A DNA stretch of 62,443 bases, filler included, from Rhabdomonas costata (Eukaryota): NCBI GenBank assembly GCA_019059605.1. It is 37 parts of 37 records of this genome, joined end to end, with 100 filler letters (N's around TTAATTAATTAA, not from the genome) between each part and the next. Parts side by side here need not be neighbours in the genome. Positions count along the whole stretch, not along the records: positions 60,851 to 62,443 come from JAHMHO010012481.1; 36 more parts are not named here. One strand, given 5' to 3'. Below the pieces are notes generated by a model. It saw nothing but the letters and a program-made list of their open reading frames with translations. It had not been told where the DNA came from and did not search any database. This document shows positions 61,891 through 62,443 of the stretch, in pieces; within the stretch, counting starts at the first letter, position 1; every line of letters begins with the position of its first letter. A program made the position numbers and the translations under genes.

Positions 61891-62410
61891 GTGGCTACGC
61901 CCGGTCGGAGTGAGTGAAAGCACCTTAGGGTGGTGGAACGAACGCAGAGACACGTGGGTAGAATGCAAGGGCTGAAGTGAAGTGCGTGAGTGAAACCGTG
62001 CAGCGGTGGAACGACTGAAGAGACAGGTGGGTATAATGGTTGAAGGTGGAGGGACCTCCCGACAGCACCTTAGGGTGGTGGAAGGGAGGGACCGACAGAG
62101 GCAGCATACCCAACGGGGAATGAAGGCCTTCTACTGTCGTGGATGCCTCGACCAAGGTCTCGACATCCCCTCCGCAAGTGAAACCCAACCCGAGGGTATT
62201 CCTGCGTGGCTTCGCCCGGTCGGAGTGACACGTACCGGCTTATGCCGGGGAGTGGAGAGGAGAGACACGTATAGAAGATGTAAGAGTGGGAGGGGCTCGA
62301 AGGACTGAGAGACCCGACAGTGGAGTAGATAGCTGGTCGTCAGGATGCTCACTGCGTTCGTATCCTTCCTCCTAGAAGTGATGGTTCATGCATTCCACCG
62401 GCATAAGCCG
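61891..62410. repeat. Mosaic of short dispersed direct and inverted repeats
   Basis: GTGGCT(A/T)CGCCCGGTCGGAGTGA at 61891 and 62206. AGCACCTTAGGGTGGTGGAA at 61919 and 62064. AGAGACA(C/G)GT at 61946, 62019 and 62261. CGGCTTATGCCGG (62236) is inverted at 62398-62410. Confidence 0.8.
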
Positions 62411-62443
62411 CTTACATGCATTCACCTTCTACAGATACCCCAC

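Noticed and set aside
62190..62250. HDV-like ribozyme fold
   Set aside because: I could not build the P1/P2/P3 pairings; only superficial motif similarity.

Overview
This window is not a contiguous locus. It is 37 unrelated contigs of about 1.59 kb each, joined by an artificial 100-nt linker (N44-TTAATTAATTAA-N44), so neighbourhood across a linker means nothing. The DNA comes from an intron-rich eukaryote: GC-rich exons, spliceosomal introns mostly about 90-1200 nt, mainly GT-AG with several GC-AG candidates, and microsatellites. Contig ends are G/T-only at the 5' side and A/C-only at the 3' side, which points to degenerate-primer whole-genome amplification, and several contigs end in fold-back inverted repeats. 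Splicing exons by hand recovers fragments of: cytoplasmic dynein-1 heavy chain, a MAP2K, gp210/NUP210, a CHD remodeller, Trm3/TARBP1, a DEDDy exonuclease, Mib_Herc2, IQ, EF-hand, REJ and RWD-like proteins, two methyltransferases, AI-2E and GPR1/FUN34/SatP transporters, a dCache sensor, an intronless tandem Venus-flytrap receptor with the trypanosomatid-like CNQG motif, and one apparently complete 94-aa membrane protein. My inference is a non-kinetoplastid euglenozoan (euglenid or diplonemid), which is unverified. No rRNA, tRNA, CRISPR array or intact transposase/RT was recognised. All family calls come from motif recognition, not database searches. I found no clearly novel multi-gene system. 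The best leads are the multi-VFT receptor, the degenerate GC donors, the 94-aa protein and the TTT-free last contig.
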